Numbered from the stretch's first letter, positions 50,889 through 61,962 are shown. The stretch is DNA of 64,000 bases from Bacteroidales bacterium (GCA_017454905.1 JAFTCB010000047.1:15030-79029), one strand, 5' to 3'. The notes: generated by a model not told the origin, from the sequence alone. Made by a program: numbers and translations.

Positions 50889-53800
50889 GTACTTATCGGA
50901 GTAACGATGTTCGCACAGAACATCAACGTCCGGGGTACTGTAACAGATGCTTCGAACGGAGAGACCATCCCCGCCGCGTCCGTCGTCCTCAAGGGCACCA
51001 ACCAGGGTGTCGTCGCGGATGCCCAGGGTGCATTTTCCATCTCTGCGCCCCGCAACGGCGTCCTGGTCTTCTCTACGATCGGTTATCAGACGGTTGAAGT
51101 CCCCATTGACGGACGTACCTCCATCAACATCCAACTGCAGCCGGATTCTGAATTCCTTGACGATGTAATCGTCGTTGCCTACGGTACGGCCAGCCGCGCC
51201 TCCCTGACGGGTTCCGTCGCCGCCGTCAACAACGAGACCATCGAGAAAACGATTTCCAACTCCGTAACGGCCGCCCTCGAAGGTGCCGCCCCGGGCGTGC
51301 AGGTCAACAACACCTACGGTGAGCCTGGTAGCGATCCTTCCATCCGTATCCGCGGTTTCGGCTCCATCAACGGAAGCAACTCCCCGCTCTACGTCGTGGA
51401 CGGCTTCATCTTCCAGGGCAACATCTCCGACCTCAACTCCAACGATATCGAGTCGATGACCGTCCTGAAGGATGCGACTTCCGCCGCCCTTTACGGCAAC
51501 AAGGCTTCCAACGGTGTCATCATCATCACCACCAAGAAAGCCAAGAACGAAGGCAAGCCGACCGTCACCTTCACCACCAACCACGGTTTCTATACCCGCG
51601 GTCTGAAGGAGTACGAGCGCCTGAATGCCGACCAGTTCATGGAAATGGAGTGGCGCGGCTACCGCAACTACGCCATGTCCCTCGCCGCCCTGAGCCTCGA
51701 CGAAGCTTCCGCCGGTGCATTTGCTACCGAGAACTTGATCGCCGACGTCCTCAAGAACAACATCTACAACGCGGCTGACAACGCCCTGTTCGACGCCAAC
51801 GGCAAACTGACCGCCAAGATGAAGAGCGGCTACACCGACCTCGACTGGGAGAAAGAGCTGATCAAGAAGGGTTACCGTCGCGAATACGGCGTGTCCTTCG
51901 CCAGCAGCGGAGAGAAATACAACGTCTTCTCCTCCCTCGAATACATGAACGAAGACGGTTACGTCCTCAACACCAACTTCGAGCGCTATTCCGGCCGTAT
52001 CAACTCGACCTTCACGCCGGTTTCCTGGTTCAAGGGCGGCATCAACCTCAACGCCACCAAGCAGAACCAGAACTACAACTCCAACGCCAACGGTTCCTAC
52101 TACGCCAACCCGTTCTACAACCTCCGCTACGAGGCTCCGATCTATCCGATCTACCTCCACAACGCCGACGGTTCCATCATGGTTGACGCCAACGGTGAGA
52201 ATGTTTATGATACCGTGTCCGACTGGCGCAGCAACCGCCACATCATCTTCGAGCGCCTGCGCGACTACGAGCGCAACGGCCGCCTGACCCTGGATGCTTC
52301 CGCTTTCGCGACCTTCCTGCTCCCTTACGGCTTCGACATCACCATCAAGGCCAACACCAACTTCCGCACCCGTCAGTACAAGAAATACGACAACCCGGAG
52401 ATCGGCGACGGTGCCACCAACAACGGCCGTTTCCGCCAGGAGGAGTATCACTACGAGACCATCAACCTCCAGCAGCAGCTCAATTGGGCCCACGACTACG
52501 GCCAGCACCACATCGACGCGATGGCTGCACACGAGAGCTACTCCTATGAGTACAACTACATGTCCACGATGAACTCCAACATGTCCCTCCCGGGCATCTA
52601 CGAGATGGGTAACTTCACGACCAATTCCAGCAGCCCGACCGGTTACAGCTTTGCTGACCATAGCGAGTCCTACCTCGGCCGCGTCCGCTACAACTTCAAC
52701 CAGAAGTACTTCTTCGAGGCTTCCTTCCGCCGTGACGGTTCCTCCCGCTTCTCCGCTGCCAAGCGCTGGGGCAACTTCTGGTCCGTCGGCGGTTCCTGGG
52801 ACATCACCCGTGAAGACTTCATGCAGAACCTCTCCTGGGTGGACTTCCTGAAGTTCCGCGCCAGCTTCGGTACCGCCGGTAACGTCGGTTCCATCGACTA
52901 CTATGCATACCAGGCTCTCTACGAACTGGACAAGAACGGCGGCAACCCGGCCCTCTACAAGATGCAGCTCGATGCTCCGGATCTCGGCTGGGAGACTTCC
53001 CAGACCCTCGACCTCGGTATCGACGGCCGTCTCTTCGACCGTCTCAACTTCTCCGTCGGCTACTTCGACAAGCAGAGCAAGGACCTTCTCTTCGAAGTTC
53101 CCCTCCCGTCTTCCGCCGGTTCCTACATCTGGGGTGACTATCCTTACATGACCCAGCTCCAGAACATCGGTTCCGTCGCCAACCGCGGTTGGGAACTCTC
53201 CGCTGACGTGGACATCGTCCGCGGCCGCGATTTCACCTGGAACTTCGGCGCCGACGCCACCTTCCTCAAGAACAAGATCCTCAAGCTCCCTGACGGCGAG
53301 GACATCCCCTCCGGCAACCGCCGCTACTCCGAGGGCCACTCCATCTATGAATTCTACACCTATCACTTCGAGGGTGTGGACCAGATGACCGGTAACTCCC
53401 TCTACACCATCGACCCGAAGGAAGACAACGTGACCGCAGCCGAGACTGCCGGCAAGCTTGTGACCATCAACGGCAAGAACTACACCACGGACGTCACCTA
53501 CGGTCTCAAGGACTGGAGCGGCTCCACCCTGCCGAAGGTCTATGGTTCCGTCCATACCAACCTCTCCTGGAAGGGCCTTTCCCTCTATGTGCTCGCTACC
53601 TACGGCATCGGCGGCAAGCTGATGGACGGTGGCTATGCCAACCTGATGGGCCACGCAGCCAACAATCCCCGGGCCCTGCACGTGGATGTGCTGAAGTCCT
53701 GGAACGGCGTTCCTGCCGGCATGTCCGAGACTTCTGCCAACCGCATCGATCCCAACGGTATCCCGGTGTATGACATGAACCTCGACACCTACAACAACGC

Positions 53801-54050
53801 CACCTCCGACCGCTGGCTCGTTGACGCTTCCTATCTCGTTCTCAAGAACGTCACCCTGTCCTACGCCCTTCCGGCCAGCGTCAACCGCGTGCTCGGTATC
53901 CAGGGTCTTTCCATCAACTGCGGTATCGAGAACGCCTTCACGCTCACCCGTCGTCAGGGTATCAACCCGCAGTACGGCTTCTCCGGTGGACAGGATGCCA
54001 CGTACGTGACCGCCCGTATCTTCAACCTCGGCGCTACGCTGAAATTCTAA
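50853..54050 (+). CDS. SusC/RagA family TonB-dependent transporter (RagA-like)
   Basis: VIVVAYGT....LTGSV, IRIRG.GSIN....PLYVVDG, DIESMTVLKDA.SAALYG..ASNGVIIITTK, SFRRDGSSRF, RWG.FWSV, L.WET; C-terminal F. Alternative ATG at 50847. Confidence 0.95.
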   Translation: MKKAKLFFSALFVLIGVTMFAQNINVRGTVTDASNGETIPAASVVLKGTNQGVVADAQGAFSISAPRNGVLVFSTIGYQTVEVPIDGRTSINIQLQPDSEFLDDVIVVAYGTASRASLTGSVAAVNNETIEKTISNSVTAALEGAAPGVQVNNTYGEPGSDPSIRIRGFGSINGSNSPLYVVDGFIFQGNISDLNSNDIESMTVLKDATSAALYGNKASNGVIIITTKKAKNEGKPTVTFTTNHGFYTRGLKEYERLNADQFMEMEWRGYRNYAMSLAALSLDEASAGAFATENLIADVLKNNIYNAADNALFDANGKLTAKMKSGYTDLDWEKELIKKGYRREYGVSFASSGEKYNVFSSLEYMNEDGYVLNTNFERYSGRINSTFTPVSWFKGGINLNATKQNQNYNSNANGSYYANPFYNLRYEAPIYPIYLHNADGSIMVDANGENVYDTVSDWRSNRHIIFERLRDYERNGRLTLDASAFATFLLPYGFDITIKANTNFRTRQYKKYDNPEIGDGATNNGRFRQEEYHYETINLQQQLNWAHDYGQHHIDAMAAHESYSYEYNYMSTMNSNMSLPGIYEMGNFTTNSSSPTGYSFADHSESYLGRVRYNFNQKYFFEASFRRDGSSRFSAAKRWGNFWSVGGSWDITREDFMQNLSWVDFLKFRASFGTAGNVGSIDYYAYQALYELDKNGGNPALYKMQLDAPDLGWETSQTLDLGIDGRLFDRLNFSVGYFDKQSKDLLFEVPLPSSAGSYIWGDYPYMTQLQNIGSVANRGWELSADVDIVRGRDFTWNFGADATFLKNKILKLPDGEDIPSGNRRYSEGHSIYEFYTYHFEGVDQMTGNSLYTIDPKEDNVTAAETAGKLVTINGKNYTTDVTYGLKDWSGSTLPKVYGSVHTNLSWKGLSLYVLATYGIGGKLMDGGYANLMGHAANNPRALHVDVLKSWNGVPAGMSETSANRIDPNGIPVYDMNLDTYNNATSDRWLVDASYLVLKNVTLSYALPASVNRVLGIQGLSINCGIENAFTLTRRQGINPQYGFSGGQDATYVTARIFNLGATLKF

Positions 54051-54056
54051 TCATTA

Positions 54057-55670
54057 ATGAGCAAAGCAATGAAAACATTCTATAAGATATTGACCGGAGC
54101 CGCCCTTCTTCTCGCCTTCGCTGCTTGCAAGAAGGACTACCTGGAGACTTCTCCTACCGCATCTGTCGGTACCTCTTCCGTTTTCGCTAACACTGAATTG
54201 GTGAAGATGGCCGTGAACGGCATTGCCTACAACATGACCACCCAGCAGGGCGCCTATTCCCAGGGCTACTGCGGTGAGAACCGTATCATCTCCATCTACA
54301 ACGAGTATCCTTCCCAGGAGTTCATCTACAACGGCATGTCCGCAGGTTGGGCCCCGATCATGAATCAGGAGTACTACACCCGTTATACGACTGCCTACTG
54401 CAGCTATCCCTGGTTCTATTATTACAAGATGATCTCCAACGCCAACGCCATCATCGTCAACGTTGACGGAGCCGAAGGTCTGGAGAGCGAGCGTCAGTTC
54501 TACAAGGCGCAGGCCCTGACCTACCGTGCCTGGGCTTACACCAAGCTTCTGGAACTCTACTCCGTCCGTTGGCAGGACAGCGGCAACGGCTCCGCTAACG
54601 GCGTCGTTCTCCGTCTGGATGAGTCCACCGGCAGCATTCCCCTCTCCTCCATGGCAGAGTGCTACGCCCAGATCTACAAGGATCTCGACGAGGCCATCAG
54701 CCTGTTCAAGAGCAGCGGCATGGACCGCCCCGGCGGAGAAGTCTGGCTCACCAACATCAATGTCGCCTACGCCATCTACGCCAAGGCTGCCCTCAACCGT
54801 CAGGACTACTCTACGGCCCTCACGAATGCGAAGCTCGCCCAGGACGGCTACCCTCTGATGTCCAACAGCGCCTATGTGTCCGGCTTCAACAGCCCGACCA
54901 GCGAGTGGATCTTCGGCAGCTTCGGTGACGGTTCCGAGAACAACTGGTACTGGACCTTCGGTACGCAGTTCTCCTGCAACGGTTACTATGCCAGCCGCGC
55001 CACCTACGGCGGCGGTGCCATCGACAAGGCCTGCACCGACCAGATTCCTGACAACGATGTCCGCAAGGGCATGTTCCTCACCCAGGACAAGTTCCCTGAG
55101 TACGACTTCTTCAGCTCCGCCAATGTCAACCAGTCCCTGGGTTACATCGTCGGTGACGACCTGTGGGATGCTGCAGCCGAGTATATCGCTTCCCGCACTC
55201 CCGCCGGTCTGGCGGATGCCTATCAGGCCGGCTACTTCTATGTGAACGCCCAGCTCAAGTTCTGGGTTTTCGATACCCCGGGTGTCATGTACCTGCCGTT
55301 CATCCGCACCTCCGAGATGGTGCTGATCGAGGCTGAGGCCAACTACTTCCTCAACAACGAGGCAGCTGCCCAGGCCGCTCTGGTGAAGCTCAACGCCACT
55401 TCCGGCCGTCAGCCGGGCTACACCTGCACCAAGTCCGGAAACGACCTCTTCGACGAGATCGTCCTCTACCGTGAGATCGAGCTCTGGGGCGAAGGCTTCA
55501 ACTGGCACGACTACAAGCGTTGGAAGAAAGACATCGTCCGTCAGGGCTTCGGCAAGGGCGGTTATGTCCATGTCGCCACCGCTACGACCATCAAGGCTAC
55601 GGATTCCAGCTGGACCTGGTCCATCCCTGAGACCGAGACCCAGTACAACATGGAAGTCGAGCACATGTAG
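54057..55670 (+). CDS. SusD/RagB family lipoprotein
   Basis: FAAC..DYLET.P, YY..I.NAN.II, A...RA..Y..L, Y.QI..DL..A, R.SEM.LI.AEA, R.IELWGEG..W.D.KR, IP..E. Start may be 54069. Confidence 0.93.
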   Translation: MSKAMKTFYKILTGAALLLAFAACKKDYLETSPTASVGTSSVFANTELVKMAVNGIAYNMTTQQGAYSQGYCGENRIISIYNEYPSQEFIYNGMSAGWAPIMNQEYYTRYTTAYCSYPWFYYYKMISNANAIIVNVDGAEGLESERQFYKAQALTYRAWAYTKLLELYSVRWQDSGNGSANGVVLRLDESTGSIPLSSMAECYAQIYKDLDEAISLFKSSGMDRPGGEVWLTNINVAYAIYAKAALNRQDYSTALTNAKLAQDGYPLMSNSAYVSGFNSPTSEWIFGSFGDGSENNWYWTFGTQFSCNGYYASRATYGGGAIDKACTDQIPDNDVRKGMFLTQDKFPEYDFFSSANVNQSLGYIVGDDLWDAAAEYIASRTPAGLADAYQAGYFYVNAQLKFWVFDTPGVMYLPFIRTSEMVLIEAEANYFLNNEAAAQAALVKLNATSGRQPGYTCTKSGNDLFDEIVLYREIELWGEGFNWHDYKRWKKDIVRQGFGKGGYVHVATATTIKATDSSWTWSIPETETQYNMEVEHM

Positions 55671-55685
55671 TCTCCGATCTGCCTA

Positions 55686-55725
55686 GAAAAAGCCCGGGAA
55701 AGTCCATCTTTTCCGGGTTTTTTTC
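55686..55725 (+). terminator. Intrinsic terminator after susD
   Basis: GAAAAAGCCCGGGAAAG-TCCAT-CTTTTCCGGGTTTTTTTC. Confidence 0.85.
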
Positions 55726-55779
55726 ATTCCGGCACGGTCATTGTCCGGGGAAATGAGTATCTTTGGTGAAAAGAATGAT

Positions 55780-57345
55780 ATGATGAAGAAATCTTGGACT
55801 GTGCTTTTCCTCGCGCTGCTTCTGGGTATTGCCGGCTGCACCAAGCCTCCGGTAACCCCGGAAGAGTCCGGATCCGGTTCCGAATCCGGCACCACCGCTC
55901 CGGATTCCGGGCTGGACGAGCAGACGAAGAATATTTACCGCTATGCGCGCACTTTTGCCGTCGGAAGGATGAACCTGTACTATCTCTGGCAGGCTGAGAT
56001 CGAAAAGGACCTGAAAGCCTGGAAAGAGACGGAGGAGCCGATAGAAAAAGTCTACGACATCCGCTACAAAAATGCCCAGGGCAAAGACGTCGACCGCTGG
56101 AGCATGATGACGGACGACTTTTCCAGTTTCTACAACAGCGTCTCCGGCACGGAAGAGACGGCCGGGTTCGACTTTGTTTTCTATTATCTTGACTCCAGCC
56201 ACACCTCCCTGTGTGCGGTCGTCAACTTCGTCTATCCGGACAGCCCGGCGGCGAAAGCCGGATTGAAGCGTGGGGACGTCATCGAAAAGGTAAACGGTGC
56301 CGCCATCCCGTACCCTTCATACACCAACGCTTATTACACCTTGATGGGTGGCGAGAAATTCACGGTCAGCCTGTACGACAGCAAGCAGACGGACAGCAAG
56401 CAGACGCTGACCATCGATCCCGTCGAAATGTATCTGGACCCGGTGCTGATCACCAAAGTGTTCGACTGCGGGAGCAAGAAAGTCGGGTATCTGCACTATA
56501 CCAGCTTCACCCTGGATTCCTGCGAAGAACTGATCTCCGCGTGCAAGGCCTTCAAGGAGGAGGGCATCTCGGAACTCATCGTCGACCTCCGCTACAATGG
56601 CGGCGGGTTTGCCATCACGGAACAGGTGATCGCTTCCATGCTGGCCCCGGAGAAAGTTGTCGCCAACCAGGAAGTCCTTTCAACGGAGATTTTCAACAGC
56701 AAGCTGACGCAATACTACAAGCAGAACAACTACGACACCAACACCTACTTCAGTACGGATTACGATTTGTCGACGGGTGGAAAGAGTTATGTATTCACCA
56801 CTTCCGGTGCTAACCTGAACCTTGACAAGCTCTATTTCATCATCAGTTCCGGGACCGCGTCCGCTTCCGAGGCGCTGATCGGGGACCTGGTACCCTATAT
56901 GGACGTCGTCCTGCTGGGCGGGCAAACGCACGGGAAATATTGCAGCGGCCTGATGTTGTCGGCAGAGGACTACTGGGAAGAGAATGCGAATCAGCTTGGA
57001 GGCAGTTTCACCGCCAATGCCAAGAAGTATACCGACAACTGGGGCTTGTACCTGATGTACTCCCGCTTTGCCGACAAGAACGGTGAAACGCTTTGCATGC
57101 CGGACGGCATCGTGCCGGACCAGGAAGTCGATGACGATCCGCTGGACGGCTACCAGCTGGGCGACCCTGAAGAGACCATGCTCAAAGAGACCCTGAAACT
57201 TTGCGGCTATAAGCAGAAGGCACCTGCCGCCCTGCGCGGCATCCGCCGGGACTTCCAGCCGGAGAAGGCTCCCACCGCCCCGGATGAACTCCGGCCGGAT
57301 TATGGCCTGAGGATCGTCCTGCCGGAAAGAGCCGGTCTGCACTGA
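55780..57345 (+). CDS. S41 family peptidase with PDZ domain, lipoprotein
   Basis: IAGC lipobox; M..YYLW, SPA.KAGLKRGD, VGYL.Y..F, L.VDLRYNGGG, TASASEALI, T.GK, G..PD, LGDP.E. Confidence 0.92.
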   Translation: MMKKSWTVLFLALLLGIAGCTKPPVTPEESGSGSESGTTAPDSGLDEQTKNIYRYARTFAVGRMNLYYLWQAEIEKDLKAWKETEEPIEKVYDIRYKNAQGKDVDRWSMMTDDFSSFYNSVSGTEETAGFDFVFYYLDSSHTSLCAVVNFVYPDSPAAKAGLKRGDVIEKVNGAAIPYPSYTNAYYTLMGGEKFTVSLYDSKQTDSKQTLTIDPVEMYLDPVLITKVFDCGSKKVGYLHYTSFTLDSCEELISACKAFKEEGISELIVDLRYNGGGFAITEQVIASMLAPEKVVANQEVLSTEIFNSKLTQYYKQNNYDTNTYFSTDYDLSTGGKSYVFTTSGANLNLDKLYFIISSGTASASEALIGDLVPYMDVVLLGGQTHGKYCSGLMLSAEDYWEENANQLGGSFTANAKKYTDNWGLYLMYSRFADKNGETLCMPDGIVPDQEVDDDPLDGYQLGDPEETMLKETLKLCGYKQKAPAALRGIRRDFQPEKAPTAPDELRPDYGLRIVLPERAGLH

Positions 57346-57355
57346 TATTTCATAC

Positions 57356-57384
57356 AGCGGTGACGGAATGTCACCGCTTTTTTT
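57356..57384 (+). terminator. Intrinsic terminator after the S41 gene
   Basis: AGCGGTGAC-GGAAT-GTCACCGCT followed by a T run that continues into the next TATCTTTG box. Confidence 0.8.
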
Positions 57385-57395
57385 TATCTTTGGCT

Positions 57396-59129
57396 ATGAA
57401 AACGAAAATTCCCGTCCTGCTGCTTCTCCTGCTGCCCTTTATGGGTTGGGCAGCACCGGTCCCGGTCGAGACTGCAAGGCGACAAGCGGAGGGGTTCCTG
57501 CGGGCGCAGTTGCCCGGACGCAACCCCGGCCTGCAACTCGTCTTCGAAGCGCCGCACCTGACAAAAGGCATCTCTGCGGCTCCGGAATATTACATATTTT
57601 CAAATGAACCGGGCGGTTATGTCATTGCTGCCGGAGACGATTCCGTCCCGGCTATCCTGGGATATTCCGACCGGGGACGGTTCGATGCCGTATCGATGCC
57701 GGAGAACCTGAAGGAGTGGCTGGGCATGTGGCGGGAGATCATCGCGGAGAACCGGCGGAGCGGAGCCGCCCCCTGGCAGGAAACGCCCGGCACGAAGGCC
57801 GGCGGAGAACGGCTGCTGGAGACGGCCCAATGGTCCCAGGGAGATCCATACAACAACAAATGCTACGTGATTGCCGGGGCCCACTGCCAGACCGGATGTA
57901 CCGCCACCGCTACCGCGATCATCCTGCGCTATCACAAATGGCCCGCAAAAGGTTCCGGCACCCTGCCCGCCTATTCCTACGAGGATGACGACGCGGTCAG
58001 CCACAGCGTCGGAGCCGTCAGCCTCGGACACAGTTACAACTGGAGCCAGATGCCGCTCGTCAATGACGGGACCTGGACCTCCGCCCAGAAGGACCAGGTC
58101 TCTACGCTGATGTACGACCTGGCCGTGATGGTGAAATCCTCCTTCGGCCTGGAAGGCACCAGCGCCGTGTTCCAGAACGTCCTTCCCGGCTTGCTGCAAT
58201 ACATGAACTACGACGGAGCGGCCTTCCTGGACAGCAAAGCGATGTACGCAACCGCCGGAGACTGGGTCAGGCGCCTCAAGGAGGACATCGACCAGGTCGG
58301 CCCGGTCATGTATTCCGCGCAGACCGCTGATGCCAAGCCTTCCGGACATGCTTTCATCCTGGACGGTTACGACAGCAACAACTACTTCCACATTAACTGG
58401 GGATGGGGCGGCAAGGATAACGGATACTATGTCATACCGTCATTCGGTGATTACACCAAAAGCCACAAGGCCCTGCTCGGCTTGAAGAAGTTCGCCGGCG
58501 GCAAGGCCCCGGAGAGCATCGAAATCTACAAACCGGGCATCGTCGTTTCGGAATCATCTTTCGAAACCGGCAAGTCATTCAAACTCACATTCAGCATCCT
58601 CAACAGCGGGAGCGAGGTTTTCTCCGGCGAATGCGCCGTGGCCAAATTCAGCCGCGACGGCAGCCTGGATGAACTCGTCAGTCCGGTCATCGATGTAGAT
58701 GAGTTGAATTCCTATTATTACGGGACCGTCAAGGATCTCATTTGCAAGATTACCACCGATATCCATGCCGGGGACTATCTCACCATTGTCTGGCGCTCTT
58801 CCTCCCACCCGGACTGGGAAGAAGCCCGCTATGACCATGAGACCACCGACCTTACCGGACAGGTGCCGGTCGGCGACACGGTCATTCTGGAACGGGCCGT
58901 CGGCCTGTCCTATGACAAGAGCAGCGGAACGCTGACCGTCAGTTTCTCCTGCGATGCGGAGCGTGAACTGCGCAGCCAGGACGGCAAGAAAGTCACCACC
59001 GGCGTCACCGACAGCGGCAACACGATGAAAGTCGACACCAAACAACTGGCCCCTGCCACCTACACCCTGCACTTGCAGCGCGGAGAACAAGTCAAAGACA
59101 TCAAACTGAAAATCGGACTCAAAAACTGA
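57396..59129 (+). CDS. C10 family cysteine peptidase (streptopain/SpeB-like) with pro-domain
   Basis: Signal peptide; YYIF....GGYVI.AGDD....ILGYS pro-domain; W.Q..PYN, TGC.ATA.A, GHAF..DGY, HINWGW.G..NGYY; CTD-like tail. Confidence 0.92.
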   Translation: MKTKIPVLLLLLLPFMGWAAPVPVETARRQAEGFLRAQLPGRNPGLQLVFEAPHLTKGISAAPEYYIFSNEPGGYVIAAGDDSVPAILGYSDRGRFDAVSMPENLKEWLGMWREIIAENRRSGAAPWQETPGTKAGGERLLETAQWSQGDPYNNKCYVIAGAHCQTGCTATATAIILRYHKWPAKGSGTLPAYSYEDDDAVSHSVGAVSLGHSYNWSQMPLVNDGTWTSAQKDQVSTLMYDLAVMVKSSFGLEGTSAVFQNVLPGLLQYMNYDGAAFLDSKAMYATAGDWVRRLKEDIDQVGPVMYSAQTADAKPSGHAFILDGYDSNNYFHINWGWGGKDNGYYVIPSFGDYTKSHKALLGLKKFAGGKAPESIEIYKPGIVVSESSFETGKSFKLTFSILNSGSEVFSGECAVAKFSRDGSLDELVSPVIDVDELNSYYYGTVKDLICKITTDIHAGDYLTIVWRSSSHPDWEEARYDHETTDLTGQVPVGDTVILERAVGLSYDKSSGTLTVSFSCDAERELRSQDGKKVTTGVTDSGNTMKVDTKQLAPATYTLHLQRGEQVKDIKLKIGLKN

Positions 59130-59134
59130 CAGCC

Positions 59135-59689
59135 ATGAAAAAGATCCTCATTCTCTTGGTCCTGGCTGCTTTCCTGCCGGCCTGTTTCCCTCTTCCACAG
59201 CTGGAAATCGACGCGACTTCCGTCTCTTTCGGTGAAGAAGGCGGGACCGAGCGGATTACCGTCACATCCAATCTCAATTGGACGGCAACACCCTCAGCCT
59301 CCTGGATCAATATCCAGTACACGGAAGGCGGCTCCACGCTGACGATTTCCGCCACCCGCAACATAGAGTCCTCCGAACGACGCGGCACCGTCACGCTTTC
59401 GGGCGGAGAACTATCCCGCACCGTTTCCGTCACTCAATCCAGTGCTCCGCTCCAGATTGCCCGCCTCAGCATCACAGGCGTCCAGACCTGGAATGCGCCT
59501 CGTCTGGAAGGCAACGGGGTCTCCGGCACCATCTCCGTGGGCAGCACTACCGTTGATTACCAGGACGGCCTTCAGTTCGAACTCTCCGAGAGCAAGACCT
59601 ACGCCGTCCGCATCGACGCCCATTATGCCAACACCATCACCTTCTCCAAGGTAGAAGGAATCGAAGAACTGGATTTGACAGCTTTCTGA
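59135..59689 (+). CDS. BACON-domain lipoprotein
   Basis: LPAC lipobox; EGG...I.VTSN..W......SWI, N.....R.GTVT, V.VTQ. Confidence 0.8.
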   Translation: MKKILILLVLAAFLPACFPLPQLEIDATSVSFGEEGGTERITVTSNLNWTATPSASWINIQYTEGGSTLTISATRNIESSERRGTVTLSGGELSRTVSVTQSSAPLQIARLSITGVQTWNAPRLEGNGVSGTISVGSTTVDYQDGLQFELSESKTYAVRIDAHYANTITFSKVEGIEELDLTAF

Positions 59690-61959
59690 TGCGATCATTC
59701 CCTTTGATACTGCTTTCGGCAGCTATCCTGCTGCCGCTGCTCTCCTGCAACCGGCAGGAGATCCCGATCCCGCAACCGGCAACCGTGCCGCAGGACAACA
59801 CCAGGATCCCGGGCACGGCCATCGTCCGCCTCTCCGAAGAGAGCGCCGACGCCTTTGCCATCGGGGACTATCCGGATATCGCGTCCTCCCTGGGCGTCAT
59901 CTCCGCGGAACGGGTTTTCCCGGATGCAGGGGAATTCGAGGAGCGCCACCGGGCGGCCGGGCTGCACCGCTGGTACAGCATCCGCTATGATGAGGAAGTC
60001 CCCCAAACCAAGGCCCGGGACGGCCTGAACGCGCTGCCGGGCGTGGAATCGGTGGATTTTCCGCGCCGCAAGGTCCGGCGCGGTTTCTTCAACGACCGCT
60101 ATCTGAACCAGCAGTGGCATTATGTCAATAACGGCAGTCTCGGCCCCGTCTTCAAGCCGGGGATCGATATCAACGTGGAACCGGTCTGGAAAGAGTACAC
60201 CACCGGATCCAGCGATGTCATCGTCGCCGTCATCGACGGAGGTATCGATCTCAAGCACAACGATCTGGCCGGCGTCGTACTGCCCGCGGGCGACAACGGC
60301 AGCCGCAATTTCGTGGATGGTTATCCGGCCCACAGCATCCCTGCGGACGACCACGGCACGCATACCGCCGGCATCATCGGCGCCATCAACAACAACGGCA
60401 TCTTCTGCTCGGGCATCGCCGGCGGTTCGGACGGGACCGGCGGCGTCCGGCTGATGTCCTGCGTCATTTTCGCCGGGACGGATGAAGACCCTGAAGGCGG
60501 CACCGGGCAGGAAGAGCCCCGCGCGCTGGTCTGGGCAGCCGACCACGGTGCAGTAATCGCCAACAACAGCTGGGGTTATGAATTCGACACCGAAGAAGAG
60601 GCGCGGCAGGGTGCCATCGATTTCGACAACGAACCCTCCGCCACGAAGAGCGCGATCGATTATTTCATCGCCAATGCCGGCACCGATGCCGACGGCAACC
60701 AGACCGGGCCCATGAAGGGCGGGCTGGTCCTGTTCGCTGCCGGCAACTACGGCTGGGCCTACGACGCCCCTACGCAATATGAACCCGTCGTGTCCGTCGG
60801 TGCCTTCGGACCTGACGGCAAGATGGCGGAATACTCCAACTACGGCCCGTGGGTAGATATCCTCGCCCCCGGCGGCTCGGACTCCGACGACCAATATAAA
60901 GAATGGATTGTCAGCCTGACGACCGACCAGAGCGCCTCCTACATGGTCGGCACCTCGATGGCCTGCCCGCACGTGGCGGGTGTCGCCGCCCTGCTGGTAT
61001 CCTACTACGGCGGGCCGGGATTCACCTGTGACGACCTCAAGGAGCGCCTGCTCGAGAGCGCCCGCACCGGGGTGATCGACCAGATAGGCCGACCGGTCGG
61101 CGGCGGGATGCTTGACGCCTACGCGGCTTTCCAGTACAATACCGGGCCCGTCGATCCTTCGCAGCTCAACATCCGCTTCAGCACCGACTACACCGGAGAC
61201 TACCGCTTCAAAGCGCACGAGACCGCGGTCCTGAGTTTCACCATCCGCGGCAATGAGCAGGCGAAGCTGCCCGTCCGCTTCGAAAGCGACTGCCCGGGAG
61301 CAAGCGCCACCTGCACGCGCTCTTCCGCCCAGATCCGGATCGAGGCCCCGAAAGCCCGTGCAGGCAGCTACACAGGCTCCCTCAGCGTAGGTTCCGTCGC
61401 ATCCAGGAAAATCCAGTTCACCATCCTGGAAAACCATGCTCCGGTCGTAACCAGGACACTGGAGGACCAGATTGTCAATGCAGCCTCGTCCGCCTTTGTC
61501 ACCATCGACCTGGCGCAGTATATCCAGGATCCGGACGGGGAAGAGCCGGTCTTTGAAGTAAGTTTGTCCGGAGATGACATCCTGAGTGCCCGCATCTCCG
61601 GCAGCGTACTCTCCCTGACCCCGAAGGGATATGGTCTCGCCGACGTGACCGTGACGGCGACGGATGCCCTCAAGGCCAGCTGCTCCACCGGTTTCAAGCT
61701 GCTGGCCCGCAACACCTACCAGATCCTGGACGTCTATCCCAATCCGGTCTCCGACTACCTGTATATCCGCCCGGAAACGGAGGCGGCCACGACCGCCGTC
61801 CTGTACAGCCGCAGCGGCGCGCGCGTACTGAGCAGCAGCGCCCAGGCCGGTCCCTTCCGCCCCATGCAGATCGACGTCCGCAGCCTTGCCCCGGGAGCCT
61901 ATACCCTGCAAGTCGAATTCGGCGGCAAGCAGAAAACCACGAACCTCGTAAAGTATTAG
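59689..61959 (+). CDS. S8 subtilisin-like peptidase with lipobox and T9SS type-A-like C-terminal domain
   Basis: LLSC lipobox; GLHRWY pro-region; VAVIDGG, HGTH.AG.IGA, AAGN, GTSMACPHVAG; tail VYPNPV.D.L.I...L.PG.Y.LQV....T.NLVK. Confidence 0.92.
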   Translation: MRSFPLILLSAAILLPLLSCNRQEIPIPQPATVPQDNTRIPGTAIVRLSEESADAFAIGDYPDIASSLGVISAERVFPDAGEFEERHRAAGLHRWYSIRYDEEVPQTKARDGLNALPGVESVDFPRRKVRRGFFNDRYLNQQWHYVNNGSLGPVFKPGIDINVEPVWKEYTTGSSDVIVAVIDGGIDLKHNDLAGVVLPAGDNGSRNFVDGYPAHSIPADDHGTHTAGIIGAINNNGIFCSGIAGGSDGTGGVRLMSCVIFAGTDEDPEGGTGQEEPRALVWAADHGAVIANNSWGYEFDTEEEARQGAIDFDNEPSATKSAIDYFIANAGTDADGNQTGPMKGGLVLFAAGNYGWAYDAPTQYEPVVSVGAFGPDGKMAEYSNYGPWVDILAPGGSDSDDQYKEWIVSLTTDQSASYMVGTSMACPHVAGVAALLVSYYGGPGFTCDDLKERLLESARTGVIDQIGRPVGGGMLDAYAAFQYNTGPVDPSQLNIRFSTDYTGDYRFKAHETAVLSFTIRGNEQAKLPVRFESDCPGASATCTRSSAQIRIEAPKARAGSYTGSLSVGSVASRKIQFTILENHAPVVTRTLEDQIVNAASSAFVTIDLAQYIQDPDGEEPVFEVSLSGDDILSARISGSVLSLTPKGYGLADVTVTATDALKASCSTGFKLLARNTYQILDVYPNPVSDYLYIRPETEAATTAVLYSRSGARVLSSSAQAGPFRPMQIDVRSLAPGAYTLQVEFGGKQKTTNLVKY

Positions 61960-61962
61960 ACG

